Shown here: in pieces, positions 1 through 10,160 of the stretch
Layout: each line of letters opens with the position of its first letter
How positions within the stretch are numbered: the stretch's first letter is position 1
Origin: Pelagomonas calceolata
Taxonomy: Eukaryota
DNA: 64,000 nt
Reading direction: 5' to 3'
Assembly (NCBI GenBank): GCA_918797485.1
Contig: CAKKNE010000002.1
Location: 1,674,001-1,738,000, forward strand
Notes under the pieces: model-generated
The model's database searches: none
What the model was told of the DNA's origin: nothing
The model's input: the letters and a program-made list of their open reading frames with translations, nothing else
Program-made: the position numbers and the translations under genes

Positions 1-625
1 CGGTCACGTCGACTTTTACTGTTCCTCTGCTGATGGACTTGAGTTGCGTTTTTGGAGCGACCTTCTTCGCGCGGCGCACGGCCCGCCTCAAAATCTCCGA
101 TCCTGTTGTTCCTCTTATAGAGTCAAAACCGCCAACAGGATAGCAGAGTTCTCGACAAGCCGGCACGAGCGTCACTCCTTTCCCTGACGCCCTCAAACAA
201 GGATGATCTCGCAGCGCCACGAGGCACGTCTGCAGCGCCCTCGTCAAGGGTGAACAGTAGATCATGGTGCAGCGCTCGAACGCGCGCCGCTCGTCCTTCC
301 ACTGCGGTGTCTTCGCGATGCGCCTCGCGAGCCGGTCGGCCTGCTCCAGGCCTTCGGCCGTGAGGGCGTGGTCGAACTTGCCGAACATTTTCACGGGATT
401 GCGATTCGCCTGCGCCTCGTTCCACTGGCTCTCGCCGTGCCGCAGGAAGTACACCGTCTTCAGCTCTTCTCGGGCCCTTGTCGCGACGAAGGTCCTATCG
501 GGAAGAAGCTTGAGGGGCGCGTTCTTCTTCCGTTTGGCTTCGTTGATCAAGGTCGCGGCCGCCAAGAGGAGGGTGAGTTTTTTCAGCGCGGCGTTGAGGA
601 GGTGCTGCGGCACGCGCGGCACCAT
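1..625 (-). CDS. Histidine phosphatase / phosphoglycerate mutase family protein (3' end runs off window)
   Basis: My translation from ATG 625 gives MVPRVPQ...KTVYFLRHGESQWN...IYCSPLTRALQT, with the RHG and SPLxRAxQT motifs. It is absent from the ORF track because no stop lies in the window. Confidence 0.8.
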   Translation of the reverse strand, partial: MVPRVPQHLLNAALKKLTLLLAAATLINEAKRKKNAPLKLLPDRTFVATRAREELKTVYFLRHGESQWNEAQANRNPVKMFGKFDHALTAEGLEQADRLARRIAKTPQWKDERRAFERCTMIYCSPLTRALQTCLVALRDHPCLRASGKGVTLVPACRELCYPVGGFDSIRGTTGSEILRRAVRRAKKVAPKTQLKSISRGTVKVDVT

Positions 626-1014
626 GGTGATCAATGCCGTGCGGTGCTTGCTCTGTTGAATGGGTGCCGTGCAGCTTTGCTGTTGAATGGGTGCAGTGCG
701 GCTTGTAGACTGCAGCTGCTGCAGGTTGCAGCCGAGTGCAGCTTGCTGTAAGGTGCAGCTTTGCTGTGAGGTGCTACCCGAGTGTAGTCGATGCAAACGC
801 GTTATACGTGCACGACGATAGGTGCTTGGGACAAATGGCGTGCCTTGTCGGCGACAGCGCCAAAAGAGCGCGGTTTTACGCGAGTGCCAAAGCGCTTGCT
901 AGCGGCAGTAAGACACTAGCAAAAAATAGCCAGTGGCCAGTTCCACATCCTGACGGGGGTCGTCCCAAAAGAAGGGGGGGCGTGCGAGTCCCTGTGACTC
1001 AGCCCTTGCGTCCT

Positions 1015-1097
1015 AGTCCAGCCGGACGGGTGGGCCCGGGGGGAGCGGGAGGGGTACGGGGAACCCTGCGACGTAACTAGCCTCAGCCTCAGCCTCA
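1015..1097 (+). repeat. Dispersed ~75-bp element, copy 1, with (AGCCTC)n tail
   Basis: gacgggtgggcccggggggagcgggaggggtacggggaaccctgcgacgtaactagcctcagcctcagcctca; near-identical copies at 19667, 23081 (rev) and 31415 (rev). Confidence 0.85.
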
Positions 1098-1158
1098 AAA
1101 ATACGCGTCGACGCCATCGAGATGCGGAAGATCTACGTGCAACAAGATTAGGCGTGTG

Positions 1159-2544
1159 TCATCGTCGCCCGAAGTCCGCCGCGAGCAGCTCGCGCGTGGA
1201 CCTCTCCTCCGACGGCGGCGGCGGCGGCGCGCCGGCGGCGGCGCAGAGGTCGTCGAGCGCGGCCGCCCGCGCCGCGCGCGCGCCGTCGACGGCCACCTTC
1301 GCGGCCGGCAGCAGGTCCCGCAGGCGCGCGGCCGCCGCCGCCGCCGCGTCGCCGCGCGCCGCGTCGGCCGGCCCGGCCTCGTCAGCCTCAAACCCCCCCG
1401 CGGCGGCCAGCGCGAGGCGCAGCCGCTTCTCCCGTTCAATGGAAGCCTCCAGCTTGCTCTCCAGCGTCTCTTTGACCGCCGCCGCGGCGTCGAGCGCGGC
1501 GACCTTAAGGAGGTCGTGCAGGTGCGCGAACGCCGCGGCCGCGCGCAGCTCCTCCTCGACGGCCTCGCGACACTTCACGGCCGCGGCGCCGACGGCGGCA
1601 TTTACAACAGGTTCACCGACGACCTCCTCATCCACTTGACAACCGCGGCTCACGCCCGGCCGCCGCAGCTCCGCGAGCTGCGCTCTCAACTCAGCCACGG
1701 CGCCCCGCTCGCGTCTTACCGCATCCTCGGCGGCGTCCCGCTCCGATTCGATCGACGCGAGCCGCGCGTTCGCCAGCTTCAGCGCATCCCTTTCATTCGC
1801 CGCGGCCTGGTGGAGCCGCGCCTGGCGCAGCGCGTCGTCGGCGGCGGCGCAAAAGGCCGCGCTCGCGGCGTCGTCTCTCATATCTTCCAGGGCGTTCTCG
1901 TAGGCGAAGCGCTCTTTCTGCGCTTGCCGGTAGGCGGCCAGCTCGCGCTCGAGCTCATCAATGCGCTGCGCGTCGCCGCGCGCCGCCAGCTCCCGCGCGA
2001 GGTCGGCGGCGCGACGACGCGCCGCCGCGACGTGCTCGTTTGTGTCCCGAACGCGGGCGGCGGCGGCGCCGACGCGGCCGTCGAGCGCACCGAGGCGCTC
2101 TAGTTGCATCCGCTGCAGCTTCTCGTGGTTCTTCGTGAGTTCAGACGCGACCTTTGACGCGTATTCGCGCGCGCTCCGCTCATCCAGAGAGCGCGCCGCG
2201 TCGTATAAAGCGCGTTGAGCCGCGAGCGCCGCGCAGCGCGCCTCCCAGCGTTGCGCTTCGTTATCATTCGACTTCACGACGCGTTCCGGCGACGCCGCTT
2301 TGACGGCCACGTCGTCCTTCTTCCCACCGCGTTCCGGCGACGCGGCGCCCCGCTTCATGCGCAGCTGGCGCTGGAGATCCTCGCGTTCGCGCGCGAAGTC
2401 TCGAGCCTGGTCGTCGAGGCGCTGGCGTGTTTGTGCGAGCTCGCTCTTCAACACGTCGATTTCCTTGCGGTAGCCGTCGACGCTCGAGTAGGAGCGCGTG
2501 GCCACAGCAAGCTGGAAGACGTCCGGCCGCTTGGTGCGCGGCAT
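1159..2544 (-). CDS. Coiled-coil protein of unknown function
   Basis: Long A/E/R-rich heptad ORF; likely ATG at 2544 (MPRTKRPDVFQ). Confidence 0.65.
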   Translation of the reverse strand: MPRTKRPDVFQLAVATRSYSSVDGYRKEIDVLKSELAQTRQRLDDQARDFAREREDLQRQLRMKRGAASPERGGKKDDVAVKAASPERVVKSNDNEAQRWEARCAALAAQRALYDAARSLDERSAREYASKVASELTKNHEKLQRMQLERLGALDGRVGAAAARVRDTNEHVAAARRRAADLARELAARGDAQRIDELERELAAYRQAQKERFAYENALEDMRDDAASAAFCAAADDALRQARLHQAAANERDALKLANARLASIESERDAAEDAVRRERGAVAELRAQLAELRRPGVSRGCQVDEEVVGEPVVNAAVGAAAVKCREAVEEELRAAAAFAHLHDLLKVAALDAAAAVKETLESKLEASIEREKRLRLALAAAGGFEADEAGPADAARGDAAAAAAARLRDLLPAAKVAVDGARAARAAALDDLCAAAGAPPPPPSEERSTRELLAADFGRR

Positions 2545-3011
2545 GGCTGCCCCTGTGCCGGTGTCTACGCTAGGCGAGGCAGCCCATGCGTGGTCACGGG
2601 GCTTGGTTTGTCGCCGAATCAATGCCGAGGAATGCGTGGCGGGCTCCCAGCTCCCTCGCGCGGTCGGATGCCAGCGGCCGGGCAGGCTTCGCACTGTCCG
2701 TCTAGTGGGTTTCCGTGGAACCGTTCGGCCCGCGGCTGCGACGCCGGCAGCGCATCCGAGGCGTCGGAGGGCTGCAACTACGCCGTGCGGGCAAGAAAAG
2801 CTACTAGCTCCTCGTCTTGCTCGGCTTAGCGCTCCTCACAAAACACACGGCAAGGGCTGCCCATCGACGCCCGCCGACAGCCGCCGAGACGCACCGGTCC
2901 ACGCCCGTAGCCCCATAGCTGCGGCAAAAGCAAGCCGCGCCCGCCCGACGCGCCAGTGGCACACTCACATACACCAGAGACACCAGAGACAACACCAGCA
3001 ACACCGCGAAG

Positions 3012-4022
3012 ATGGCCTTCATCCAGCAGAAGGCCTCGACCAGCCGGGTCAACCCGACGCAGGACGACGAGCAGGTCCTGGAGGCCTTAGTAGGTTTCGA
3101 CACCGTCTCGCAATCAACATTACTCTTAAAGAAGAAGAAGGAGATGCACCAGGTCGACGACCGGTTAGATGACGCCAAAGATGACTACCGACGAAGGGGC
3201 GACGCCTGTGAATTGCGGCGGAAAGAGTTCGAAAAAAGACAAGAGGAGATGCGGTCGCAAGTTTCCAGATTTGAGAAGTTCGTCCAAGAAAACGACGCTA
3301 AGAGAAGTAGAGCGGAGGCCAAGGCCAAGGGCGAGAAGCGCATGTTCCTCCAGAAAGTTCAGGAGCAGAAGAGGGGCGAAGAGGAGTTATCGAGGTTGAA
3401 GGTCGAGAAGGACAAGCAGGCCTTGAGACTAAAGAAGCTGTCGTCGTATCGCGAGTTTTTGGAGCGGACGGTCGACGCCGCGGGCGAGGACACGGAGGAG
3501 GTCTGGGATCTGCTGAATAGACATGATACGTTGCGGAGCGCGAATACGGATCTCCAAGGGCAAGTGCAGGAGGGCGAGAAGGCCGTCGACGGCATGCGGA
3601 GCGATCTGGATGCCTTGACCTTGAGTGCGGAGAGCGCTGGGTTGAGTCGTAATAGGGCAGTGACGGGCAAACGAGGAGCCCTGGAAGGCTTCCGGACGTC
3701 AAGGAAAGCGCGCGAGGAGGGCAAGGAGGCCGCCGAGGACAAGGCCAAGGATTCGATGAGGGAGGAGGCGCAGGTGGTCATGGCCGCGCGGAACTTGTAC
3801 CAGCGGTGCGTGTCGACGCAACGGGGCATGAAGGTCGAAGGCGTCCGCTTCGACGAATGGGAGAGTCTGGACCAGAAGACGCGTCTGAAAAGGTTGACCG
3901 ACGCCTTGGAGTTGATCGGGGACCGCATCTCCGATCTGACGGCGATCCAACGGGAGCACACGGAGGAGGAGCGGGAGAAGGCTCGGCTCGCCGAGACGGG
4001 GCCGCGGCAGCTCTACTACTAA
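3012..4022 (+). CDS. CFAP73/CCDC42-like (DUF4200) flagellar coiled-coil protein
   Basis: TLLLKKKKEM...FEKFVQENDAKRSRA resembles the DUF4200 core. Confidence 0.7.
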   Translation: MAFIQQKASTSRVNPTQDDEQVLEALVGFDTVSQSTLLLKKKKEMHQVDDRLDDAKDDYRRRGDACELRRKEFEKRQEEMRSQVSRFEKFVQENDAKRSRAEAKAKGEKRMFLQKVQEQKRGEEELSRLKVEKDKQALRLKKLSSYREFLERTVDAAGEDTEEVWDLLNRHDTLRSANTDLQGQVQEGEKAVDGMRSDLDALTLSAESAGLSRNRAVTGKRGALEGFRTSRKAREEGKEAAEDKAKDSMREEAQVVMAARNLYQRCVSTQRGMKVEGVRFDEWESLDQKTRLKRLTDALELIGDRISDLTAIQREHTEEEREKARLAETGPRQLYY

Positions 4023-4082
4023 TATTTGGGTCTCCTAGTCTTGTGCGAGCGCGCGGCCAGGCAATGTTTTTTTTTTTTTTTT

Positions 4083-4430
4083 ACGTGGGGGCCCCGACCA
4101 TGCACGCGTTACGGTGACGTCCGTGGGCGTTTGTGAATACGAAAAGCCAGCCTTGCCACCGATGGTGAAGACATTCTTTTCGACTAATCCCCCAAAACAC
4201 GCACCTCCCCTCACATCTAATGCGCCGCCGACCGAAGCGCCGAAATTCCACGAATCCTCCAGCTCGGCAGCGTGCGAGCCGTCGATGGCCAACGAGTAGT
4301 AGCTCTTCACCTTGTAGCTCTCCAGGAGCTGGAAGTCGTACGAGCACTGAGACGAGTCGTCATTGCAGCCGCCGCCGCTCGAGACGTCTTTGTCAAGGCC
4401 ATTGGTGCCGGTAAGGGACTCGCCGTTGTA
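4083..4430 (-). pseudogene. Coding-like fragment without a start, between poly-T tracts
   Basis: Open frame NGESLTGTNG...QCSYDFQLLESYKVKSYYSLAIDG...GGKAGFSYSQT bounded by T-runs at ~4067-4082 and ~4435-4452. Confidence 0.3.
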
Positions 4431-5374
4431 ATTAATTTTTTTTTGTTTTTTTGGGAGGGCGCTCGTGTACCACGTTTACCTGCGAGCGGACGCAGTCGTG
4501 GACGTCCTCCCGTGCTGGCGCGTGGGCGCGCGCGCGGCGAAAATAGCCGATAATCGTCGCAGTTCCCGGTGGTCCACCGGGCGTGTGGCCCGAAACTGAC
4601 GCCCACGGCCGCGCGGCGGCAAAGGCGCGGGGACAGGAGCGCGCCGCCCGCCCTGACGGCTACGCAGTCCGTCACAGTTGATTTGATACACCGTGCGCCC
4701 ACCTTTTGCGTGTGCGTTGTGAAACTCCTTTATATAGGCCTGCAAGTGCGCTTATTTTTGCGCCTCGGGGCGCGCGGGCGTTTCTCCGGGCGCGTGGCGA
4801 TAACGCTATACGTTGAGCACTGTCAGGACGAACCAAATTGATACGCGGTCGCGCGCGCGTGTGTTTTGATGCTCTTTTTTTGGCTGGTTTCAGCGGATTT
4901 TGCAAACTAGAACCCGGGTATCTCAGAGTTTTTAGCAGCGGCTTATACTGAGCGCATTAATCGTATCGAAGAGCGAAAGGAGCGGTAGGAGACCAAAAGC
5001 GTCCGGGGGCCCGGTGGGGCGGTCGCGGGTCCACGCGCCGCCCGAGCCGGGGGCTCGGAGCACCCTCTGCGAAAATGCAATTGTTTTCATACGCGCGGGC
5101 CTCCTCGACGAGAGAGACGTCCGAAGCCTGGGCACAAAGGCTGGCGCGCGTCGTCGCGGTATTAAATAATGTCATCAATAAATAATACCCGGGGTCCGGC
5201 GCGAGGCATTGATGGGAACACTGCGCCTGCTCGATGGCGTGGAGCTCGGCGAGTGAAACTTTGCCCATCGCACGGGTTTGCGCTGGCATCACCTTGTGAC
5301 GCCAAATTTTAGGCTGCCGGGCAGCCTCGCGGCCGCACGCGTCCGCGGCAGACGCCGGCGCCGCGTCCGCATCG

Positions 5375-6622
5375 ATGCGGGCAGCGATTCTGCTCGCGCA
5401 CGCCGTACATGCGACGACGCAAGGTTGCCTGGAATGGAGTGCCGTCAATGCGACCTGGTTCGGCGACGAGCACGACGGACCGGCCCAGCCCTACTGTCTC
5501 CATAAAAGATGCCTCGTGGCCTTGAACGGCTGCGCCGTCTGGTGGCGCACCGTGTCCGACGACGTCATCCCTCCGATTCCCGAACTGGCCATACCGCTGC
5601 CTGATGATGACCGCAGGGGTGCCTGTCGGGGACCGACGCGAGTGACGGGTCATTTGGGCATCGCGGACGACGAAAATTTTGGAAGGTGCACCACCTCTGA
5701 CAAAATTTTCGACAACGGCGGCGGCTTCGAGATTCTGCAAGCCCGGAGGCACGCGCCTCCATCCATAGACTGCGGCGACCGGCGCCGACTGAAAGCGAGG
5801 TGGGAGGCGTTGCTGGCGACGTTAACGGACGAGGACTACGCGCTCGTCGAGGCGGCGACGACGAGGCCGATTCGGAACGTGACCGCGGCCTTTGTCAACA
5901 AAGCGTCGGCCTGCGACTTCGCGGGGTTCCTGTCCTCCTCGCGGTTGTTCGTCCACGCCCTGAATGGCGAGGGCCTCCATGCACTACGGGCCGTCCTCGC
6001 GGAGCGCTTGCGGGACCTACGACTAACGAAGTACGCGTCCGGTTCAATTCTAGACGAGTGGTTTGAGCATGGCGTCTTGATCCGACCCTACACCAATGAT
6101 CAAGATGTGTACGACCTCCTCAAAGTCGTGGCCGGCGAGCCTTCGGTCCCGGCGCCGCCCTACGACTGGGCCGAGCGGCGCATCACTTCTGTGGAGAACG
6201 ACCCCCAGGGCCGGGCCCACGTCGACTCCTTCGCGAGCGTCGTGAAAGTGTGGCTCTTCGACGACGTCGGGGCGGACGCGGGACCGTTGCACGTCGTGCG
6301 CGGGAGCCACCGCCACACGGTTGACAGGCTCGCGTGGGAGCACGCGCGCGCGAATGGGAGGGAGGCCTTGATCGAGCCGTCCTTCCGTCTTACCAGTAAT
6401 GAGTCGGATGCGGGGGACGCGGCGGCCTTCGTGGCGCGGTGCCAGCGGGACGCGGCGCCGATCGTGACACAAGAGCCGATCGTCGTGGTCGCGGACACGT
6501 CGCTCGTGCACTTTAGGGGCGCCGGGCGCGTTGGGGCCGTGCGGCGGTCGCGGCGGTTGCGGGGAGACAACGGCGGCGGGCTCGCGCGGCGGAACCCGTT
6601 CCGGTTCGCGGACGAGGAGTAA
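5375..6622 (+). CDS. PhyH-like Fe(II)/2-oxoglutarate dioxygenase with signal peptide
   Basis: HxD (AHVDSF), VKVWLF, GPLHVVRGSH, distal His (SLVHFRG); hydrophobic N-terminus. Confidence 0.7.
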   Translation: MRAAILLAHAVHATTQGCLEWSAVNATWFGDEHDGPAQPYCLHKRCLVALNGCAVWWRTVSDDVIPPIPELAIPLPDDDRRGACRGPTRVTGHLGIADDENFGRCTTSDKIFDNGGGFEILQARRHAPPSIDCGDRRRLKARWEALLATLTDEDYALVEAATTRPIRNVTAAFVNKASACDFAGFLSSSRLFVHALNGEGLHALRAVLAERLRDLRLTKYASGSILDEWFEHGVLIRPYTNDQDVYDLLKVVAGEPSVPAPPYDWAERRITSVENDPQGRAHVDSFASVVKVWLFDDVGADAGPLHVVRGSHRHTVDRLAWEHARANGREALIEPSFRLTSNESDAGDAAAFVARCQRDAAPIVTQEPIVVVADTSLVHFRGAGRVGAVRRSRRLRGDNGGGLARRNPFRFADEE

Positions 6623-6651
6623 TATCATGTTGTGACACTTACTACAATATA

Positions 6652-8070
6652 CTATTCGGCGACGCGGCAACTATCGGAGAGCGCCTTCAGCCGCGCCGCC
6701 GCGACCCCAAGGATCTCGTCCGACTTGCAGAACGCAAAACGAACGAGCGGCCTCGAAGGTTCGTCCGTGAAGAAAGGAGAAGAAGGAATGGCCACGACGC
6801 CGTGCTCCGCCGCCAGCCATCTACAAAAAGCCCAGTCCGCCGCGACGCTCCCGTCCCTATACTCATCCGGCATGAGCTCGAGCAGGTTGCTCACGTCGCC
6901 AACCACGAAATACCCCCCCTGCGACGGCAGCGGCTCGACGCACGCTGCCCTTAATGCGTCGGCCAGCACCCTACGTTTGCGCGCGTAGCTCTTGGCCAGC
7001 CAGGCGTAGTACGACGGCTCGCCCTCGTACTCGCGATCGGCCTCGTCGAGGCAGTCGGCGAGCGCCTGCTGCATCGGCGTCGGCGCGCAGAACTGGAGGT
7101 AGGGGAGTAACGCCTGACAGGGTTGTATGAGATGTCTCGGTCCGACGATCCAGCCGATCTGCCAGCCTGTTGCCGAAAACGTCTTGCCCGCGCTCGAGAC
7201 CGTCAGAGTTATATCATTCATATCTTGCAAAGAGGCGAAGTGGATGTGTTGCTCGTCGCCGTGGCAGACGTACTTGTAGACCTCGTCCGCTATCACCAAC
7301 AACTCGTCGCCTGGTAACCTATTGCGGTTCTCCTCTCGTACTACCCTAGCTATAGTCTCGAGCTCCTCCCTACTAAACACCTTGCCCGTCGGGTTGTGCG
7401 GGCTGTTCACTATGAGTACACGGCTTTTCGGCGTGATGGCTTTCCTTAGTGTATCTTCGGAAAGACGCCACTCCCCATCTCCATCGACGGTCATCGGCGC
7501 CGGCTTCGTAACACCACCAGCTAACGCCACCTGCCCCACGTACAAATCAAAAAAAGGCTCCGGCAAGATAACTTCCGAACCCTTGTCCAGCGTCGCGATG
7601 AGTGCCACCAGTAAAGCTTGCGTGGCTCCGACAGTGACGGCCACTTCGTCAAACGGATCGACGTCCCGCGAAAAGTGGACCCCGTACCGCCTAGCTAGCA
7701 CAGTCGTCAGCGGCGGGTGCCCCGCGCTCCGCGCGTACTGGTGGCCCCCCGCTGATTCCTCCGACGCCGCCCTTCTCAGTCCATCCTTCACAAATTGCGG
7801 CGGCGCCCAGTTCGGGAAGCCCTGGCCCAGGTTCGCGACGCCGCCCTCGAACTTGTGGTCGACTTCCCTGGCCAAATCGGCGAACTCGCTCCAGACGGTC
7901 GGACTCGTGCCGCCGCCCGGCAGCCGTCTCAGCGCGGCGGACGGCGGCGCTATTCTTGTGAGGGGCGGGTCCAATGTTGCGGCTTGTCTTGGTGTTCGTT
8001 TTGGGGTTGGCGTGTTGGGCGCGAGGGCTATTGTGGCTTGTGCCAGCCAGAGGGTGGTGCAGCACCTCAT
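6652..8070 (-). CDS. Class I PLP aminotransferase (kynurenine/glutamine transaminase-like), probably organelle-targeted
   Basis: NLGQGFP, NSPHNPTGKVFS, DEVY, SAGKTFSATGWQIGW; likely ATG 8070 (MRCCTTLWLAQATIALAP). Confidence 0.9.
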   Translation of the reverse strand: MRCCTTLWLAQATIALAPNTPTPKRTPRQAATLDPPLTRIAPPSAALRRLPGGGTSPTVWSEFADLAREVDHKFEGGVANLGQGFPNWAPPQFVKDGLRRAASEESAGGHQYARSAGHPPLTTVLARRYGVHFSRDVDPFDEVAVTVGATQALLVALIATLDKGSEVILPEPFFDLYVGQVALAGGVTKPAPMTVDGDGEWRLSEDTLRKAITPKSRVLIVNSPHNPTGKVFSREELETIARVVREENRNRLPGDELLVIADEVYKYVCHGDEQHIHFASLQDMNDITLTVSSAGKTFSATGWQIGWIVGPRHLIQPCQALLPYLQFCAPTPMQQALADCLDEADREYEGEPSYYAWLAKSYARKRRVLADALRAACVEPLPSQGGYFVVGDVSNLLELMPDEYRDGSVAADWAFCRWLAAEHGVVAIPSSPFFTDEPSRPLVRFAFCKSDEILGVAAARLKALSDSCRVAE

Positions 8071-8502
8071 GCTGGCTGCTTGATGCCTCTGCTGGGCTCG
8101 GCTTGTTTTGATTCGTTGCTTGCACTGATGTGAGACCTGTAGCGTCTTTCCAAAATGTTGCTGCGTTGCGAGGCGACTCAGACAGCTCTCGCAGCTCCAC
8201 CTACGAGGCGCTTGCATGCCATGACAGCCTTTGCAATGGGGCTCCAGGAAGGCGTCCAGGACGGTCGCCGCTCGCCACGGAAGGCTCTGTTGCGCGAAAC
8301 AGTTGTCGCTGGCAGTAACGAGCTAGCGTACACAGACACTAGGCTGTTTTGCAGGCTCGCATTGAGCTCCAGATTGCTTCGCATTACGTGCCCGTGGGCC
8401 GCAGCGTACGACAGGATTGGTCGTTTTGCGCAGCGCTGCGCTGCGATAGCATCGCTACAGGCTGCGGCGCTCTGGTAATTGTTTGCAGCAGCAGGCTGCA
8501 CC

Positions 8503-9750
8503 ATGGCTACCAGGATAGCGCTCGCGTTACTATGCGCTTTACACACGACCAGTTTCACGCCGTCAGCGCCGCAGCGCACCCGCATACAACCGCTGCGGAA
8601 GACGCGCGGCGCCGGCGGCGACCTCGTGGACCCCGACGCCGGTGCTCCAGACGATGACGCCATGACGGAGCTGCGAGAAAGGATGATGCAGGAAGAACTC
8701 AAACAAAGAAAACAAACGATAAAGGAAGGCAAGGGCAACCGACTGTCGGCGCAGTACGTCGAGCTATTAACAGCACAACATCCCTCGGAATTAGTAGGCG
8801 CCTTCTACAGGGAAGCGGACCCGCGAGTCCAGGTCGCGATCCAGGACGCGATCATGGGCATGCTCGGGGCCGGCGCCGTGGACATCGAGTTCACGACGAC
8901 GGGCTCCCGAATCGCGGAGCTGTGCTTCCGTCTTCAGATGACCGGCTACATGCTGCGGAACGCGGAGTACGTCCTAGCTCTCCAAGATGTTTTGAAATTA
9001 GCACCTACTGGAAGAACGCCGGCTCAGCTGAGAGCCGCCTTCTCGCGCGTCGATACGGACAATAGTGGATATATCGATGCGGACGAAGTGCAAAATCTGT
9101 TCGATGACGTGTATGGGGATTTGCCGGACACGGCTAGTACGGCGGAGATCAACGACCTGAAACAAAGGAAAAAAGCGGACGTCGAGTCGTTCGTGCGGTT
9201 CTTCGACGCGAACTCTGATGGGAAAATAAGCTTTGCGGAGTTCTGCCGCGCGCTGGGCGGCGCCGACGCGTCGCCGGCCCAGCAGGCCCTCGACAAGTTT
9301 TCCTCCGAGAGGCTCCTCGAGGCTCCATCGACTCCTACACCTATCACCGGTGAGTTGAAAGTAGGAGATCGCACGGTCGAAGCCTCGGACTACGTCGCCG
9401 AGTTAAAACAGGAGGCCGCTAGACTAAAAAATGAATTGGCGACCTACGCGCAGTCGTCGGGCCAGAACTCGTTAGCTGCTATTGGCCAATACATCGCGTC
9501 GATCGACCCCGAGCAGCGCGATCTACTCGTGTCGAAGATGACGCCGGAGGCGCGGGAAGCCGCCGCCGAGCTCGTCAATTATGTGCTGAAGGACTCGTCG
9601 CCGGAGGGCGCGGGCCAGAAGCTCGAGCCCGACCAACAAGTCACCATGGAGCGGCGCATCCTGGATCAAATTTGTAGGTGGCAGATCGTCGTCGGGTATC
9701 GGCTGCGGGAGCTCGAGGCGTCGGGCGAGGCGCGGCGGCGGCTCGGCTGA
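8503..9750 (+). CDS. Plastid-targeted DUF760 protein with two EF-hands
   Basis: Signal + TTS-FTP; DUF760-like QMTGYMLRNAEY and IVVGYRLRELE; EF loops DTDNSGYIDADE and DANSDGKISFAE. Confidence 0.75.
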   Translation: MATRIALALLCALHTTSFTPSAPQRTRIQPLRKTRGAGGDLVDPDAGAPDDDAMTELRERMMQEELKQRKQTIKEGKGNRLSAQYVELLTAQHPSELVGAFYREADPRVQVAIQDAIMGMLGAGAVDIEFTTTGSRIAELCFRLQMTGYMLRNAEYVLALQDVLKLAPTGRTPAQLRAAFSRVDTDNSGYIDADEVQNLFDDVYGDLPDTASTAEINDLKQRKKADVESFVRFFDANSDGKISFAEFCRALGGADASPAQQALDKFSSERLLEAPSTPTPITGELKVGDRTVEASDYVAELKQEAARLKNELATYAQSSGQNSLAAIGQYIASIDPEQRDLLVSKMTPEAREAAAELVNYVLKDSSPEGAGQKLEPDQQVTMERRILDQICRWQIVVGYRLRELEASGEARRRLG

Positions 9751-10160
9751 GTGGTGGGCAGCGTCCGTCTTTTTTTTTTTGAGATGCCAGTGACGAATAT
9801 CCGACCCATTAAAGTTTGAGAACTGATCGCTCGTGACGAACCATCTTACGGACGTTCCAGCCGAGGCGTCGTCGTCGCGGGGCTGGCTTGGTCGACGGCG
9901 ATGGGCGCGCGATGACTGGGGCGTCCCCCGCGCAGGCGTCGTCATCACCCGATCTCTTTGTAGTACATAATAAATTCGCTTGAAATAGCCTCTCACGAAC
10001 ACGCGAGGCTTTTGACGGTGCTAGTGTGTTTCGACACGCTAGCTGGTCTGCCGGCCAAGCTTGTAGTCAGGGTTCTCTCGCGGTCCACTAGTACTGCCAG
10101 GCCCCTTCCGTGGTGCTGTGGTGTGCGACAAAAACTCTCGCCAGCTCTCGTGCCAGAAAA

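Noticed and set aside
4957..5448. 163-aa minus-strand ORF
   Set aside because: Overlaps the start of the PhyH-like gene and has no motif.
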